Assembly (NCBI GenBank): GCA_043801485.1
Contig: JAZDLY010000168.1
Location: 1 to 55,444, forward strand
From: Candidatus Omnitrophota bacterium
GTDB lineage: Bacteria; Omnitrophota; Gorgyraeia; Velamenicoccales; Velamenicoccaceae
DNA length: 55,444 nt
Reading direction: 5' to 3'
Made by a program: the position numbers and the translations under genes
Shown: positions 53,061-55,444 of the stretch, one piece after another
Layout: every line of letters begins with the position of its first letter
Numbering within the stretch: the stretch's first letter is position 1
The notes under the pieces: model-generated
Seen by the model: the letters and a program-made list of their open reading frames with translations, nothing else
Database searches by the model: none
What the model was told of the DNA's origin: nothing

Positions 53061-54632
53061 ATGGCAAAAGTTCAGCTTTACGACACCACATTGCGTGACG
53101 GTTCTCAGACGGAAGGCATCTCTTATTCTGTCTCCGACAAGATCAAGATCGCCCGCAAGCTAGACCAGCTTGGTCTCCATTACATTGAAGGTGGATATCC
53201 GGGGTCTAATCCGAAAGATAAAATGCTCTTTCAGGAATTGAAAAAACACCCCCTGAAGAATGCCAGGCTTGTGGCGTTTGGCTCAACGCGCAAAGCCGGA
53301 GTGCCGGCGGCCAAGGACAGCGGTTTGAACAGTCTGGTGGAATCGGGCGTGCAGACAGCCACAATTTTCGGAAAAACCTGGGACCTGCACGTCAAGGATA
53401 TCTTGAGAGTCAGCCTGGATGAGAATCTGGAGATGATCAAAGACTCGGTTGAGTATCTCATCTGCGAAGGCCTTGAGGTCATCTACGATGCGGAGCACTT
53501 TTTTGACGCCTACAAAGCCAATCCGGATTATGCGATCAAGACAATTAAGACAGCGGCCGAGAGCGGAGCAAAGCTGGTCTGTCTCTGTGATACCAACGGC
53601 GGCACGCTGACGTCGGAAATAGCGACGATTGTGCGCAAGGTCAAAGACGAACTTGGGGCGCCGCTTGGAATCCACACGCACAACGATCTGGGCCTTGCGG
53701 TCGCAAATTCTATTGTGGCGGTTGAAGCCGGGTGTGTCCAGGTTCAGGGCACGATGAATGGCTTGGGCGAGCGCTGCGGGAATGCGGACCTTGTTGCGAT
53801 CATCGGAATCCTGAAGTTCAAACTCCACAGGGAAGCTCTGAGCGATGAGAGCTTCAAAGACTTGACGGAAGCTTCTTATTTTGTGAGCGAAATCAGCAAC
53901 TTAAAACACATGGACAATCAGCCTTTTGTGGGCAAATCCGCGTTTGCGCACAAAGGCGGGGTTCACATCAACGCGGTTTTGAAGAACCCCAAGAGCTACG
54001 AGCACATTGATCCTTCCGCAGTCGGCAATGTGCGCAGGATTCTGGTTTCGGAATTGGCGGGCAAGACGCCGATCCTTCTGAAGGCCAAAGACCTCAACCT
54101 GGATTTGGAAAAGGAATCTCCTGAGTCCAAAAAAGTCCTTAAGCTTTTACAGAAGCTTGAGCACGAGGGCTATGCTTTTGAAGCCGCGGATGCCAGTTTT
54201 GAGGTTTTGGTCAAAAAAGCCTTGAAACAGCATAAGAAATTTTTTGAGCTTGAGGGTTTTCGCGTGATCGTCGAAAAAGGCAAACAAGGCAAGATCTCGT
54301 CCGAAGCCACGATTAAACTGGCGGTCGGCAAGGTAAAAGAACACACGACCAGCGAAGGCGATGGTCCTGTTAATGCCTTAGACAATGCCCTGCGTAAGGC
54401 GCTCAAAGGCTTTTATCCCGGTGTTCTGAAAATGCATTTGTCTGATTTTAAAGTGCGCGTTTTGGATGCCAAGGAAGGGACTGCGGCCAAGGTGCGGGTC
54501 CTCATCCAGTCGCAGGACGAGCATGATTCCTGGACCACGGTCGGAGTTTCGGAAAACATCATCGAGGCGTCCTGGCAAGCCCTTGTCGACAGCATTGAAT
54601 ATAAATTGATGAAAGACGCTTCCAAGAAGTAA
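53061..54632 (+). CDS. cimA: Citramalate synthase (LeuA/CimA family, long form with regulatory domain)
   Basis: LYDTTLRDGSQ, HTHND.GLAVAN, C-terminal LeuA-dimer domain. The 523-aa length and N-terminus are typical of the CimA clade. Confidence 0.85.
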   Translation: MAKVQLYDTTLRDGSQTEGISYSVSDKIKIARKLDQLGLHYIEGGYPGSNPKDKMLFQELKKHPLKNARLVAFGSTRKAGVPAAKDSGLNSLVESGVQTATIFGKTWDLHVKDILRVSLDENLEMIKDSVEYLICEGLEVIYDAEHFFDAYKANPDYAIKTIKTAAESGAKLVCLCDTNGGTLTSEIATIVRKVKDELGAPLGIHTHNDLGLAVANSIVAVEAGCVQVQGTMNGLGERCGNADLVAIIGILKFKLHREALSDESFKDLTEASYFVSEISNLKHMDNQPFVGKSAFAHKGGVHINAVLKNPKSYEHIDPSAVGNVRRILVSELAGKTPILLKAKDLNLDLEKESPESKKVLKLLQKLEHEGYAFEAADASFEVLVKKALKQHKKFFELEGFRVIVEKGKQGKISSEATIKLAVGKVKEHTTSEGDGPVNALDNALRKALKGFYPGVLKMHLSDFKVRVLDAKEGTAAKVRVLIQSQDEHDSWTTVGVSENIIEASWQALVDSIEYKLMKDASKK

Positions 54633-54636
54633 GTCT

Positions 54637-55444
54637 ATGCCCCTCGAATTAACACCACAATACAATCCCAGGGACGTTGAACAGAGCTGGTTTGAGCTTT
54701 GGGCGAAAACGCCGCTTTTTCATGCGACGCTGGCGCCCGGCAAGAAACCCTTTGTGATCGCGATTCCACCGCCCAATGTGACCGGGATCCTGCATATGGG
54801 CCATGCCCTGAACAACACCATTCAGGATATTCTGATCCGCTGCAAGCGCATGCAGGGTTACCAGGCCCTTTGGATGCCGGGCACAGACCATGCGGGCATT
54901 GCCACGCAGAATGTGGTGGAGCGCCAGCTCGCCAAGGAAGGGACCAAGCGCCAGGATCTTGGCCGCGAGGAATTTTTAAAGCGCGTCTGGAAGTGGAAAG
55001 AAGAATATGGCTCAACCATTATTCATCAGCTCAAGCGCATGGGCGCCACCTGCGATTGGCCGAGGGAACGCTTCACAATGGACGAAGGGTATTCTGCGGC
55101 GGTCAATGAAGTTTTTGTGCGTCTTTATGAAAAGGATCTTGTTTATCGCGGGGACTACATCATCAACTGGTGTCCCCGTTGCCAGACAGCCCTGGCGGAT
55201 GAAGAGGCACCACATCATGAGCTGGATGGAAAATTGTATTACATCAAGTATCCGCTTAAAGGGTCCACAGTCCACAGTCCACAGTCCACAGAAAAAGCAA
55301 AAAAATCCGTGGACCGTGGTCCGTTGACCGTGGACCATGTTGTTGTGGCAACCACAAGGCCGGAGACCATGCTGGGTGATACCGCCGTGGCTGTCCATCC
55401 GACAGACAAAAGGTATAAAAAGCTCATCGGCAAAACTATTATTT
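54637..55444 (+). CDS. valS: Valyl-tRNA synthetase (3'-truncated by window edge)
   Basis: My own translation of the frame open to the end: PPPNVTGILHMGHALN (HIGH), WMPGTDHAGIATQ, CPRCQTAL, VVATTRPETMLGDTAVAVHP. Absent from the ORF track because no stop lies in the window. Confidence 0.93.
   Translation, partial: MPLELTPQYNPRDVEQSWFELWAKTPLFHATLAPGKKPFVIAIPPPNVTGILHMGHALNNTIQDILIRCKRMQGYQALWMPGTDHAGIATQNVVERQLAKEGTKRQDLGREEFLKRVWKWKEEYGSTIIHQLKRMGATCDWPRERFTMDEGYSAAVNEVFVRLYEKDLVYRGDYIINWCPRCQTALADEEAPHHELDGKLYYIKYPLKGSTVHSPQSTEKAKKSVDRGPLTVDHVVVATTRPETMLGDTAVAVHPTDKRYKKLIGKTII
55262..55336. repeat. 75-nt heptamer-built imperfect palindrome inside valS
   Basis: (GTCCACA)x4 - GAAAAAGCAAAAAAATCC - GTGGACC GTGGTCC GTTGACC GTGGACC. 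Arms pair as 6-bp blocks separated by A/C mismatches. 75 nt is 25 codons. Confidence 0.9.

Noticed and set aside
54635-55433. ORFs on both strands overlapping the end of the window: 54699-55109(+), 55007-55327(+), 54635-55015(-), 55012-55398(-).
   Set aside because: The third + frame from ATG 54637 encodes an unmistakable ValRS N-terminus (HIGH motif, TRPET block) and stays open to the window edge. The others are alternative-frame artefacts.

Overview
Mid-GC bacterial chromosomal segment of 55.4 kb. Every credible gene is on the + strand: about 52 CDS and 5 tRNAs. All long minus-strand ORFs look like antisense shadows of these genes.

Gene content, almost all housekeeping:
- hisA(partial)-hisF-hisI and trpE
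- rpsP-yajC-secDF, a compact mfd, a surA-like gene, pdxA-rsmA
- gatCAB, ctpA plus a yibQ-like gene, tsaD, mgtC
- a bactofilin-HTH fusion next to a membrane-anchored HTH protein
- larB-larC followed directly by a Wood-Ljungdahl methyl-branch module, acsC-acsV(RACo)-cooC-acsD-acsE. No CODH/ACS catalytic subunits are in the window.
- tRNA(CAT), a small ferredoxin, a PilZ protein
- tilS-ftsH-folP-cdaA and a 40-codon cdaR remnant
- pdxJ-acpS-nnrD and tRNA-Thr/Tyr/Gly
- a 1097-aa multi-PAS histidine kinase with three stand-alone receiver genes
- an archaeal-type ThyA-like gene, a cNMP-binding/patatin protein, gpsA, tRNA-Pro, doxX
- an aspartate-family block: hom-thrC-coaB-apgM-like-cstA-lysC-cimA
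- the 5' part of valS

The gene list does not explain the non-coding DNA. Nearly every long spacer is built from a small vocabulary of nested palindromic modules, called A-F here. They recur in different orders and in both orientations, and their stems differ by compensatory substitutions.

Around the tRNA genes this is combined with 'echo' copies of tRNA ends:
- tRNA(CAT): the last 16 nt, including the encoded CCA, recur three more times downstream.
- tRNA-Gly: it has one 5' echo and one 3' echo.
- tRNA-Pro: it is followed by a 56-nt perfect direct repeat that starts in its last 2 nt.

A 75-nt heptamer-built palindrome also lies in frame inside valS. A repeat block begins exactly where the cdaR reading frame ends. 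I do not recognise these repeats as any named family.

No canonical defence system, prophage, transposase or CRISPR array is visible.
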